A stretch of 64,000 bases of DNA from an uncultured Bacteroidota bacterium. GTDB lineage: Bacteria; Bacteroidota; Bacteroidia; Bacteroidales; GCA-2748055. Below, piece by piece: positions 46,916 to 56,808 of the stretch; the stretch's first letter is position 1, and every line of letters starts with the position of its first letter. Where the stretch lies: positions 148,560 to 212,559 of the forward strand of contig CAWANQ010000004.1 of NCBI GenBank assembly GCA_963783435.1, given 5' to 3'. The position numbers and the translations under genes were made by a program. The notes below the pieces were generated by a model that saw only the letters and a list, made by a program, of their open reading frames with translations, was not told where the DNA came from and ran no database searches.

Positions 46916-48390
46916 TCACCGTTTTTTATAATCAGGATTAAGTCTTAGTTCTTTTGCCTCTACATCGGTTTTCCACTTGTGGAGTTTGCCTAAAAGCTCT
47001 TCCGCTTTTTGTGGCTCGGTACCCACCAGGTTATTTTCCTCTCCTATATCATCGGCCAGGTTATACAATTCGATATGTCCATCCTCAAGGTATTCCAGTA
47101 ATTTCCAGTTGCCATCACGTATTGCGCTGACCGGCCTCGTTTCATAATAGTTATGTGGAAAATGCCAGAACAAAGCCCTGTCTTCAAGAGTTTTCGCCTC
47201 TTTCCCTTCCAGTAAAGGCAAGAAGCTCTTCCCTTCAATATTCTCCAAATGATCAGGTATGCCTGCAATATCCAACACTGTGGGTAAATAATCGATTGTA
47301 CTAATTGGAATATCAATTTGTTGTCCCTTACCCGGATTCCTGGGATAATAAATCATGGTTGGTATGCGAATCCCTCCCTCATACAAAGAGCCTTTTCCCT
47401 CCCTTAGCGGGAAGTTATCGGTAACAACCTTGCCCTTATATTTCTGAATGACTCCTCCGTTGTCTGATGTAAACACTATTATTGTATTTTCTGAAATACC
47501 TAGTTCATCCAACTTATGGAGTAAGCGACCCACATTGTCGTCCACATTTTTCACCATAGCCGCATAGACTTCGTTTTGATGATGATACTCCGGTGAGAGC
47601 TTATTTTTAAAGTAGTCAATGTCTTCGGCTTTTGCCTCTAGTGGTACATGCACATTATAGTAAGATAAATTAAGAAAAAACGGGCGAGAACCGGCATCTT
47701 CAATCATTTTCATAGCTTCGTTCGTCAACCTGTCTGTGAGGTATTCACCTTCTCTATTGGTGAAATATTTTCCATTGGCACCCATCCCTAAATCGCCAAC
47801 GAAGCGAAATTCGTCATAAACAATACCCGTATAAGGGTAGAAGAAAGTGGGCGGAGCACCTCGTTGACTTGAGGCTACGCTTACATCAAAACCCTGTGTA
47901 TTAGGAAAGTGCATGTAATCTCCAATATGCCATTTACCCACATGAGCAGTCAGGTAATTTTTTTGGCGAAGTATCTCGGCAACAGTTGTCTCTTCAAGGG
48001 GCAGGTTTTCAAGGGTTAAGGGTGGAAGGTATTGAGATGTCTCTTTTCTCTTTCCTTCTGCGTTTGCCGTTGCCGCTTCGCTCCATACGGTATAGTTTAG
48101 CTTTGCCGGGGTTTTGCCTGTCATTATCGATGCCCGGGTTGGCGAGCATACAGGGCCTGCCGCATAGCTGCTGGTAAAAACCATGCTTTTCTCTGCAAGC
48201 CGATCGATATTGGGGAGTTTCGTGAAGTTCTGCACCATAGCAGCCCAGGTCAGCCCAGCCTAAATCATCGGTCACAATAAATAGAATATTGGGCTCAGTC
48301 ACCTGCTTGTATGGAGTTCTGTGTTTTATTGCAAGCGGATAGGATAATACTTACCAGCAAAATGATTAATAATATATTTTTCTTTTTCAT
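46916..48390 (-). pseudogene. S1 sulfatase interrupted by two frameshifts near the 5' end
   Basis: Three frames are involved. The signal peptide MKKKNILLIILLVSIILSAC runs from the ATG at 48390. TEPNILFIVTDDLGWADLGCYGAELHETP is in ORF 48009..48302. NIDRLAEKSMVF..VCSPTRASIMTGK.. is in ORF 46916..48238. The second shift is at a run of 4 C (plus-strand GGGG 48212..48215); removing one C restores ELHETPNIDRLA. Confidence 0.85.
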
Positions 48391-48430
48391 GTAACTAACC
48401 CATTAATACGTTCTTACTATTATGATTTAA

Positions 48431-50425
48431 TTATTTTATTGTCTCTGAGCAGAACGAAGCCGCCGGAAGCCCTTCTTCATTAAACAAATTTGGGATCGCG
48501 GTATCCGTCCATCCAAAACGTACATTTTTCGGAGACTTAACCTCAGGACTGTGGACAATTATATTATTCTTGTCAATTTCAGCAATAGCTTGATGGTACT
48601 TTCCATCCTCGCCGGCTATCTCAAAAAATGTTAGTCCCTTGTCTGGCGAGTATAAACCACTACCTACATTGTCAAAGCTAACTCTTATGCTGTTTCCTTC
48701 AACACACATACTTTTATAGAGAGGACCTGAGTAGACGATATCACTTTTGCCATAAGTCTTGTTCAATGCCCATAATGCTAATCGCTTGCCTACATCTTGC
48801 TTATTAGCTGGATGAATGGTCTGTAAACTTCCTATATCAGAAGTTACGACCATTCCTGTATTAGGTAACTTTAAGGCTAAGCGCTGTGCTTCTCTTAAAA
48901 TTGGCGCTTTTCCTGAACCGTAATTGTGAGGAGCTATCTGCACATAGTAAAATGGGAAATCGCCTTGAGACCAATTGCTGCGCCAAGCTTCTATCATAAG
49001 GGGGAATGATTTGGCGTATTCCTCGGCTTTCGCTACATTATTTTCACCCTGATACCATATAACGCCTTTTATTTTATATGGTATAAGTGGGGCAATCATT
49101 GCATTGTAAAGTACGGTTGGACTTTTTTGACTTAACAATAATTTTGGTCTGTTTTCTAAATTTAAAATAGTATTAAAAAGTCGAAAGGTTGATGGATTTT
49201 CAAAGCATCCCAACATTTTGTATTTCCAATCGCCTTTCAACGAAACAATCAGCTTATTTCCATTTCTGATGCTCGATTCTTCTTTGTAAATGCCTCCACC
49301 ACCTGCATTATCCATTACCCGAACAGCCACAACATTTCGACCATTTTTTAACAATCCTGCAGGAATTGTATAAACTCTATCAGTTTGCCAACCTTCCTTT
49401 CCTCCAATCTTGACTCCATTTAAGAAGGTGGCATCCAAATCATCTATTGGACCTAAAAATAATTTGTATTCTTCTCTTGAGATATCACCATTAAATATGA
49501 ATTCTTTACGGTACCAGACTATTGCATCAATGTCGCCAAATTGAGCCTCAAATCCATTTGGAATTTCGTGCTGTTCCCAATCTGCATCATCTTCATCTAA
49601 ACCATTGAATACTGGTAAAATTGAATCCATCAAGTCATTCATCTGACTGTATGACCGGTTTGAGAAATCGTATTTCTCCATTCCCTGTATCCAGTGCTGA
49701 TAACTAATTTTGCTTTGTTCATCAGTGCTAATGTCGTTACGAATATTGGTGAAGCGTTCAATTTTTTCTGCAAAGTCAACAGGCATCCAGCTTTCAACCG
49801 GAGTTCCTCCCCATGTAGATTGGATCAATCCAATGGGAACATCTAATTCCTGAGTTAAATTTTTGGCAAAAAAGTAGGCAACTGCAGAAAATTCACCTGC
49901 ATTTTCGGGTGTACATATCTTCCATGAGCCATCACATTCTTCTTGAGCAGACAGTGCCATTTCACGTTGTGTTTTAAACAATCGAATATTCTGAAAATTA
50001 GCCTTAGAAATTTCTTTTAAGGAATTGGCAATTGAGTCTTTTGGTAAAAAGCCTTTCAATGGCATTGCCATATTTGACTGACCCGAGCACAGCCAAACTT
50101 CACCAAGCATAACATTCTTAATAATAATGTTATTGGCAGATGAAATTTCGATCTGAAATGGACCCCCGGCAGATGTTGTTGCAATATATGCAGTAAACCT
50201 CCCGGTATTATCTGTTATTACAGCGATAGATTTATCATTCCAGGAGGTATGGATCTTTATTTTGGAATCAGGATTTGCCCATCCCCATAAAGGGACATTG
50301 CTTTGCTGTTGAAGCACCATATTATCCTGAAATAATGGCGCTAAAGAAATGTCAGATTTTTTTGTGCATGAGACAAAAAATCCTAAGCAAAAAACAATTA
50401 TTAACAGGATTGATCTTGTTCCCAT
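48431..50425 (-). CDS. SASA-family carbohydrate O-acetylesterase (sialate-O-acetylesterase-like)
   Basis: 664 aa with a lipoprotein signal (FFVSC). SGNH-like GQSNM motif (LCSGQSNMAMPL). WYQGENN. Confidence 0.85.
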   Translation of the reverse strand: MGTRSILLIIVFCLGFFVSCTKKSDISLAPLFQDNMVLQQQSNVPLWGWANPDSKIKIHTSWNDKSIAVITDNTGRFTAYIATTSAGGPFQIEISSANNIIIKNVMLGEVWLCSGQSNMAMPLKGFLPKDSIANSLKEISKANFQNIRLFKTQREMALSAQEECDGSWKICTPENAGEFSAVAYFFAKNLTQELDVPIGLIQSTWGGTPVESWMPVDFAEKIERFTNIRNDISTDEQSKISYQHWIQGMEKYDFSNRSYSQMNDLMDSILPVFNGLDEDDADWEQHEIPNGFEAQFGDIDAIVWYRKEFIFNGDISREEYKLFLGPIDDLDATFLNGVKIGGKEGWQTDRVYTIPAGLLKNGRNVVAVRVMDNAGGGGIYKEESSIRNGNKLIVSLKGDWKYKMLGCFENPSTFRLFNTILNLENRPKLLLSQKSPTVLYNAMIAPLIPYKIKGVIWYQGENNVAKAEEYAKSFPLMIEAWRSNWSQGDFPFYYVQIAPHNYGSGKAPILREAQRLALKLPNTGMVVTSDIGSLQTIHPANKQDVGKRLALWALNKTYGKSDIVYSGPLYKSMCVEGNSIRVSFDNVGSGLYSPDKGLTFFEIAGEDGKYHQAIAEIDKNNIIVHSPEVKSPKNVRFGWTDTAIPNLFNEEGLPAASFCSETIK

Positions 50426-50486
50426 AGTTTCTTAATTCTGACAATCAATGAAATATACCTTATAGCTACATAAAAAATTAGTTTAA

Positions 50487-51125
50487 TTACGCAAAAAAGT
50501 GATATTCCAGCATTTCGCAAAGCGTGTGATATACAGGCAGATGAAGTTCCTGTATCTGGGGAGTTGAGTTTCCACCCACATTAATCAATACGTCACAATA
50601 CGTATTAAATTCACCACCATCGCGCCCAACAAGCCCAATTACTTTCATTCCTTTCGCCCTGGCAACAAGCATTGCTGCAATAACATTTCTTGCCTTACCT
50701 GACGTAGATATTCCAAGTAAGACATCTTCTTTATTGCCATAACCAACAACCTGCTGTGCATAAATCAATTCTGCATCTACATCATTGGCAAAGGCTGAGC
50801 TTAAAGCACTATGGCCATTTAGCGAAATTGCAGGTAAGGCTCCTTCCAGGTTCTTAGCTAAATATTCACCCCGTTCGCCGAATTCTTTGACCAAATAACT
50901 TTGAACAGAGTCAGGGATTGACCTGTCTCTTGAAAACTGCTTCATGAGTTCACCTACAATATGGTCGGCATCTGCAGCACTACCCCCGTTCCCGCACACC
51001 AGAAGTTTCCCCCCCTTTTCATAGGAAGATCGTATTATTTCATATCCGCTGGCAATATCCGTAGCAGCCAGGGATAACTCCGGGTGGCGGTTAAAAAGGT
51101 CTTGTAATAATTCTTCCGTCCTCAT
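50487..51125 (-). CDS. SIS-domain sugar-phosphate isomerase (GmhA-like)
   Basis: 212 aa. GKLLVCGNGGSAADADH and ISTSGKARNV are the SIS/phosphoheptose-isomerase-type motifs. It overlaps the upstream kinase gene by 35 nt. Confidence 0.8.
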   Translation of the reverse strand: MRTEELLQDLFNRHPELSLAATDIASGYEIIRSSYEKGGKLLVCGNGGSAADADHIVGELMKQFSRDRSIPDSVQSYLVKEFGERGEYLAKNLEGALPAISLNGHSALSSAFANDVDAELIYAQQVVGYGNKEDVLLGISTSGKARNVIAAMLVARAKGMKVIGLVGRDGGEFNTYCDVLINVGGNSTPQIQELHLPVYHTLCEMLEYHFFA

Positions 51126-52113
51126 TGACTAATGTATTTATGTGGGAATATCCATCAATTGCTACGCTGAGAGCGGCATAATCGCCCACATTATCACCCA
51201 ATTCTGCAGGGACAATTTTGCACACATTCCATGCACCTGTTAAGGCTTCTTTTTCAATTACTTTTGTTGTCAAGTCATCAAATAATTGTGGATTTCTGGC
51301 GTAAACACTGCCAATAACAATCCGTTCAGGATTTATTATATCGATGATAATTGAAAGGCCTTCTCCAAGTTTCTCAGCCGATATTCTGAACAATTCCAGT
51401 GCATCTTCATCGCCCTCGTTGGCCATCTTTGCCAGTTTTGCTGTAGTAATGCTGTTCAAATCATCATGCGATTGGCAATACGAGGTTTTCTCACCGCTGG
51501 TTAGTTTTTCTTCGGCCTTTATCTGTGCCAGTTTGGTGATTCCGGAACCACTGCAGAATCCTTCAAATGAACCAGCCTTGTTATAACCGACAGGTCCATC
51601 TTCCTCAAGGCGTATATGCCCCACCTCTCCCGCATTATCGTTTGTTCCGGTATACAGCTGACCATTGAGGATTAAACCTGCTCCCAATCCTGTCCCAAAG
51701 GTTAAAAACACCATATTCTCGACCCCCTTCCCTGCACCGAATTTCCATTCGGCCAATGCACAGGCATTTGCATCATTCTGTATAAAAGCTGGTATTCCTG
51801 TTTTTTCTTTGATTATCTCTACGATGGCGATATTGTCCCATCCGGGTAGGTTTGGAGGTGAATATATGATGCCGGTTTTACTGCTCAAGGGTCCTCCGCA
51901 ACTAATTCCAATCGCTTTAAGGTTCCGCGATTTAAATATTTTTTGTAATTCAGCAATTCCTTCTACTATTTTTGAAATGGCATAATCGGGTCCTTTTTCT
52001 GTATGGGTAGCAAATTGAATCCGGTGCAAAATTTCCATTTCTTCGGTTCCGGCAAGAACCGTACATTTTGTTCCTCCTATATCAATTCCCAAATAATAGC
52101 TATCTATTTTCAT
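51091..52113 (-). CDS. ROK-family sugar kinase (no DNA-binding domain)
   Basis: 340 aa. YLGIDIGGTK ATP-binding start, ISCGGPL, NDANACALAE, AGEVGHIRL. No N-terminal wHTH. Confidence 0.85.
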   Translation of the reverse strand: MKIDSYYLGIDIGGTKCTVLAGTEEMEILHRIQFATHTEKGPDYAISKIVEGIAELQKIFKSRNLKAIGISCGGPLSSKTGIIYSPPNLPGWDNIAIVEIIKEKTGIPAFIQNDANACALAEWKFGAGKGVENMVFLTFGTGLGAGLILNGQLYTGTNDNAGEVGHIRLEEDGPVGYNKAGSFEGFCSGSGITKLAQIKAEEKLTSGEKTSYCQSHDDLNSITTAKLAKMANEGDEDALELFRISAEKLGEGLSIIIDIINPERIVIGSVYARNPQLFDDLTTKVIEKEALTGAWNVCKIVPAELGDNVGDYAALSVAIDGYSHINTLVNEDGRIITRPF

Positions 52114-53290
52114 CTGAATTACTTTTGCGTTTGTCTCCTGATTTTGATTTCATATACAAGCTTATGATCAGCAGATATAAAATCACGATTAACAGTACAA
52201 TGAAGCTTTGCACTACTCCAAATTTTGAACTTACAAATCCCATTAATGGCGGGATGAATGCACCGCCGGCCACCGCCATAATCATCAGTCCTGAGATTTC
52301 ATTCACACGATCCGGAAGTTTTTCGACTGCAAGAGAAAAAATCATTGGGAATATGTTGGCCGCTCCCAATCCAACTCCGAAAATTGCGATGCGTGCTATC
52401 CAGACACTGGGTGCAAACAGCAATAAAACAATACCTCCGGTTGCTAAAATTGCCGATAGTATGAAGAAATTCTTTGTTTTGATAAATCGTAAGAAAATCG
52501 CTCCAATAAACCGGCCAATCATTTCTGCGGTAAAAAAAAGGGTAATTCCCAAAGAGGCATTATCAAGGGTTAAATGAAACCTATTTTGCAGATAATTGGC
52601 AATATTTGAATTCATTCCCACCTCAGCTCCGACAATCATGAATATGCCGATTACCAGGAGTAAAATTGTCCGGTTTCCCAACAAGGAGAAACAGGAGCGA
52701 AAAGTCGCCGGTTTTTGTTTCAGTTTTGCTTCGGAAATTGGAGTCAGGAATAACCACAAAGTAGTTAAGAATGAAACACCCGCATAAACGGCAAAAACCA
52801 ATTTCCAGTTTCCAAACCGCACCGCCATAAAAGCGGCGATGACGGGCCCAAGCAATGAGCTGCTTGCTTTAACAAACTGGCTTAGACTCATGTAGCTGGA
52901 ATACTTATCTTTCGCTACCACATCATGTAGCAGAGGATTTGCTGCAACCTGCACGATCGTATTTCCAATACCAAGAACAACAAAGGCACCTAACATTGTC
53001 GCAAATGAATAATGCACAAAAGGCACTATCATCGACAATCCGGTCAATAGCATACCGATATTGGTTAGATTCTTCTTGCCGAAACGTTCAATCAATAAAC
53101 CGGCCGGAACGGAAAAGAGGAAAAACCAGATAAGCGCCATTGAAGGCAGAAACTGGGCCACATTATCTTCCAATCCAAAATCATTCTTAATATATCCGGT
53201 GGAAACCCCAACGATGTCGATGAAACCCATAACAATGTATACCATGAAAACAGGCATAACCTTAACGGAATTGCTTTTTAATTGCGACAT
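52100..53290 (-). CDS. MFS sugar:H+ symporter (FucP / glucose-galactose transporter type)
   Basis: 396 aa, ~12 hydrophobic segments. The N-terminal region GFIDIVGVSTGYIKNDF and ERFGKK loop resemble FucP/GluP transporters. Confidence 0.8.
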   Translation of the reverse strand: MSQLKSNSVKVMPVFMVYIVMGFIDIVGVSTGYIKNDFGLEDNVAQFLPSMALIWFFLFSVPAGLLIERFGKKNLTNIGMLLTGLSMIVPFVHYSFATMLGAFVVLGIGNTIVQVAANPLLHDVVAKDKYSSYMSLSQFVKASSSLLGPVIAAFMAVRFGNWKLVFAVYAGVSFLTTLWLFLTPISEAKLKQKPATFRSCFSLLGNRTILLLVIGIFMIVGAEVGMNSNIANYLQNRFHLTLDNASLGITLFFTAEMIGRFIGAIFLRFIKTKNFFILSAILATGGIVLLLFAPSVWIARIAIFGVGLGAANIFPMIFSLAVEKLPDRVNEISGLMIMAVAGGAFIPPLMGFVSSKFGVVQSFIVLLIVILYLLIISLYMKSKSGDKRKSNSDENR

Positions 53291-53370
53291 AGACTATTGT
53301 TTATTCGTTTTTTCAATGGGTAATGCACTCAGCACGATTCCCTGTATGGTCCTTTAAAACCAGAGAAAAA

Positions 53371-53398
53371 GGAGCCATGACTAAATAGCCATGGCTCC
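53371..53398 (-). terminator. Intrinsic terminator downstream of the tandem beta-helix gene
   Basis: GGAGCCATG-N10-CATGGCTCC (9-bp GC-rich stem). On the minus strand it is followed directly by TTTTTCTCTGGTTTT. It lies between the stop at 53447 and the MFS start at 53290. Confidence 0.6.
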
Positions 53399-53446
53399 CA
53401 GATTTTCATGTACCAGACTATCAAAAATGATTCTTTCGCTTCTGAT

Positions 53447-56400
53447 TTATTTTGTCAGGATCATTTTTGAAGTGCTGATCTGGCCTTCATTCATAAAGCT
53501 ACAATAGTAGATTCCGGCAGGCATATGGCTTGCATCCCAGATTACTGTATGCAATCCTTCACTTCGTTCCTCGTCTACCAATACCTGAACAAGGCTCCCG
53601 ATTGAGTTATAAACCTCTAGCGTTACATGTGAATGATTTTCCATCGAGAACTCAATCTGGACTGCAGATTTAAATGGATTCGGATAAGTCTTTAATCCGG
53701 GATTTCCGGAGGCTGTCAGGTTTGCATCTTTATTTGAAACTTCCGTTTCATAGGCCTGAAGAATGGCACTCAATGAAGCTTCAGAATCAAAACCATCAAT
53801 TTCACTGGTCCAGTGCAATGCTCCGATCGAATATCCATCGCTCTCTGACTTAAAGCTTGCTCCGATAGAAAAATCTTCTATCATGTCTGAGAATAGGGTA
53901 ATCCCATCGCCATCTTCCGTTTCTACACCCGGTATGGTGGTCGGATCAAAATCGCCAAAATAATAGCCGCTGAAATCCGGAGTTCCTGTTTCTTCCGCAA
54001 CTTCATACATTTTACGCATCCAGATAGCAAGTTGTTCGGCTGCAGCTTCTGAGATCCCCTCTGTTGCCAGCTGTGGATCCTGGCCAAGAATGTTATTCTC
54101 TTCCTTGATTCCGCTGTAGTTGGCAAAAAAGGCATTTTCTCTTTCTGCCATCCAGTTTGCGGGCACATTTACGGTATGAGGGCCGGCTGTTCCAAACCAG
54201 TTAATGTATGATACAGGATTGTCGGCTATGGCATTATATTCTCCATTGTAATACTTATCCAATGTGGACTCATTGAAATAGATATTGTCGGCCACATACG
54301 TTTTATAGTTGTTTATATCATTATATGGAGCTAACAGGGCCGTTGAATCGGCATTCATGGCATATCCGGGAAGAGCTTTCGTCCCTATCTTGATATCAAG
54401 GGTATCAAAAGGTATAATAGGTGTAGATACTTTATCCGGAGCCGCCTGAATAATGTTAAAATCTTCGCCGATCATGTTGCAGTTATAAAACACATTGTTG
54501 GTAATATATGACTCGTAATTATAATGGTTCAGCGTTAAAAATGTACTTGTATTGATAAATGTGTTATGGTTAATGAGGGCATATTTCACAAATTGCTGTT
54601 GTAAGAGCAACACGCATTGTCCGTTGGATACTGTATTATTTTCAAATACCAGTTTTTCTACAGGGACATACTTGGCATCTATGACATTCCCGGCCCACAA
54701 TTGACCTCCATTAAAGAAGTCCCTGAAATAATTGTTCCTCATTTCTATTTCAAGGCCCTGAGGCACATCCTGCAGTTTGAAACCTCTCTGTGCAAATTCG
54801 ATCAGGCAATCCTCAACAGTCAGCTTCCTGTCATTCCCTATTAATATAAACAAGTAGTTTTTCCAATAGCCGCCTTCGTCATTCCGGCCTTGTATATGGA
54901 GATTTTTTAACTCCAGGCTGGAAGTTATCCTGTTTTGCCCCGGTTCAACACCATTATCTACCACAGGAATAATAACGGGTTTCTTGCCCCCTTCAGCTCC
55001 CACTATTTTTATGGTGCCGCCATCGTTTTGTACATTAATGGCTGACTTGACAAAGTGAAAGCCTTCCTCTAATTTGTAAACCCTGTCAGGATGAATACGG
55101 TTACCGTCTCCATCCTTGTCTCCGTTAATGGTAGTCTCCAGAAGCCCTGCATTTTCCGGGCCGCTAGCAATAACGATGGTGTCCTCCTGGCTTGCCTGGG
55201 TGCTGTAGGCCAGAAGAATCGCATTCAATGAAGTTTCAGAATCAAAACCATCAATTTCACTGGTCCAGTGCAATGCACCGATCGAGAATCCGTCGCTCTC
55301 TGACTTAAAGCTTGCTCCGATGGAAAAATCTTCGATCAGGTCTGAGAATTGGGTAATCCCGTCGCCATCTTCCGTTTCTACGCCCGGTATGGTGGTCGGA
55401 TCAAAATCGCCAAAATAGTAGCCACTGAAATCCGGAGTCCCTGTTTCTTCCGCAACTTCGTACATTTTACGCATCCAGATAGCAAGTTGTTCGGCTGCAG
55501 CTTCTGAGATCCCCTCTGTTGCCAGCTGTGGATCCTGGCCAAGAATGTTATTCTCTTCCTTGATTCCGCTGTAGTTGGCAAAAAAGGCATTTTCTCTTTC
55601 TGCCATCCAGTTTGCGGGCACATTTACGGTATGAGGGCCGGCTGTTCCAAACCAGTTAATGTATGATACAGGATTGTCGGCTATGGCATTATATTCTCCA
55701 TTGTAATACTTATCCAATGTGGACTCATTGAAATAGATATTGTCGGCCACATACGTTTTATAGTTGTTTATATCATTATATGGAGCTAACAGGGCCGTTG
55801 AATCGGCATTCATGGCATATCCGGGAAGAGCTTTCGTCCCTATCTTGATATCAAGGGTATCAAAAGGTATAATAGGTGTAGATACTTTATCCGGAGCCGC
55901 CTGAATAATGTTAAAATCTTCGCCGATCATGTTGCAGTTATAAAACACATTATTGGTAATATATGACTCGTAATTATAATGGTTCAGCGTTAAAAATGTA
56001 CTTGTATTGATAAATGTGTTATGGTTAATGAGGGCATATTTCACAAATTGCTGTTGTAAGAGCAACACGCATTGTCCGTTGGATACTGTATTATTTTCAA
56101 ATACCAGTTTTTCTACAGGGACATACTTGGCATCTATGACATTCCCGGCCCACAGTTGACCTCCATTAAAGAAGTCCCTGAAATAATTGTTCCTCATTTC
56201 TATTTCAAGGCCCTGAGGCACATCCTGCAGTTTGAAACCTCTCTGTGCAAATTCGATCAGGCAATCCTCAACAGTCAGCTTCCTGTCATTCCCTATTAAT
56301 ATAAACAAGTAGTTTTTCCAATAGCCGCCTTCGTCATTCCGGCCTTGTATATGGAGATTTTTTAACTCCAGGCTGGAAGTTATCCTGTTTTGCCCCGGTT

Positions 56401-56725
56401 CAACACCATTATCTACCACAGGAATAATAACGGGTTTCTTGCCCCCTTCAGCTCCCACTATTTTTATGGTGCCGCCATCGTTTTGTACATTAATGGCTGA
56501 CTTGACAAAGTGAAAGCCTTCCTCTAATTTGTAAACCCTGTCAGGATGAATACGGTTACCGTCTCCATCCTTGTCTCCGTTAATGGTAGTCTCCAGAAGC
56601 CCTGCATTTTCCGGGCCGCTGGCAATAACGATGGTGTCCTGGTCTGCTGGCACTTGCGCGTAAGTTATTGTGGTTGTTATCGCCACAATAAAAGCCACAA
56701 TCAAAAGTAAAGTTCTCTTTTTCAT
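53447..56725 (-). CDS. T9SS-secreted protein made of two near-identical ~485-aa beta-helix-like modules
   Basis: 1092 aa with a signal peptide. Each module carries beta-helix-like turns (NLHIQGRND, VEDCLIEF, IEMRNNYFRD, VFENNTVSNG, LINHNTFINT, ITNNVFYNC). The C-terminus KTYPNPFKSAVQIEF..GIYYCSF..ILTK is a T9SS CTD. Confidence 0.88.
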   Translation of the reverse strand: MKKRTLLLIVAFIVAITTTITYAQVPADQDTIVIASGPENAGLLETTINGDKDGDGNRIHPDRVYKLEEGFHFVKSAINVQNDGGTIKIVGAEGGKKPVIIPVVDNGVEPGQNRITSSLELKNLHIQGRNDEGGYWKNYLFILIGNDRKLTVEDCLIEFAQRGFKLQDVPQGLEIEMRNNYFRDFFNGGQLWAGNVIDAKYVPVEKLVFENNTVSNGQCVLLLQQQFVKYALINHNTFINTSTFLTLNHYNYESYITNNVFYNCNMIGEDFNIIQAAPDKVSTPIIPFDTLDIKIGTKALPGYAMNADSTALLAPYNDINNYKTYVADNIYFNESTLDKYYNGEYNAIADNPVSYINWFGTAGPHTVNVPANWMAERENAFFANYSGIKEENNILGQDPQLATEGISEAAAEQLAIWMRKMYEVAEETGTPDFSGYYFGDFDPTTIPGVETEDGDGITQFSDLIEDFSIGASFKSESDGFSIGALHWTSEIDGFDSETSLNAILLAYSTQASQEDTIVIASGPENAGLLETTINGDKDGDGNRIHPDRVYKLEEGFHFVKSAINVQNDGGTIKIVGAEGGKKPVIIPVVDNGVEPGQNRITSSLELKNLHIQGRNDEGGYWKNYLFILIGNDRKLTVEDCLIEFAQRGFKLQDVPQGLEIEMRNNYFRDFFNGGQLWAGNVIDAKYVPVEKLVFENNTVSNGQCVLLLQQQFVKYALINHNTFINTSTFLTLNHYNYESYITNNVFYNCNMIGEDFNIIQAAPDKVSTPIIPFDTLDIKIGTKALPGYAMNADSTALLAPYNDINNYKTYVADNIYFNESTLDKYYNGEYNAIADNPVSYINWFGTAGPHTVNVPANWMAERENAFFANYSGIKEENNILGQDPQLATEGISEAAAEQLAIWMRKMYEVAEETGTPDFSGYYFGDFDPTTIPGVETEDGDGITLFSDMIEDFSIGASFKSESDGYSIGALHWTSEIDGFDSEASLSAILQAYETEVSNKDANLTASGNPGLKTYPNPFKSAVQIEFSMENHSHVTLEVYNSIGSLVQVLVDEERSEGLHTVIWDASHMPAGIYYCSFMNEGQISTSKMILTK
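53746..56655 (-). repeat. In-frame tandem duplication, 2 x 1455 bp
   Basis: Period 1455 bp; track ORFs 54617..54844 and 56072..56299 encode identical peptides, and 53923..54168 and 55378..55623 near-identical ones. I compared the two copies line by line. There are only 3 differences (all synonymous) across 54006..55185 vs 55461..56640, but ~18 differences across the 255 bp 53751..54005 vs 55206..55460. Confidence 0.95.
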
Positions 56726-56808
56726 AATGTTTTATTTAAATTAAACATGAGAAGGGATGAATAAAAGTTGGCAGCCCTTCTTTTGCTGCTGCTTTATGGT
56801 ATTTTAAG

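Noticed and set aside
56726-56808. Hairpin AGAAGGG-N19-CCCTTCT between the TBDR gene and the beta-helix gene, considered as a terminator.
   Set aside because: It has a 7-bp stem with a 19-nt loop and no T-tract on the coding strand. That is too weak to call, and the two genes are probably co-transcribed.
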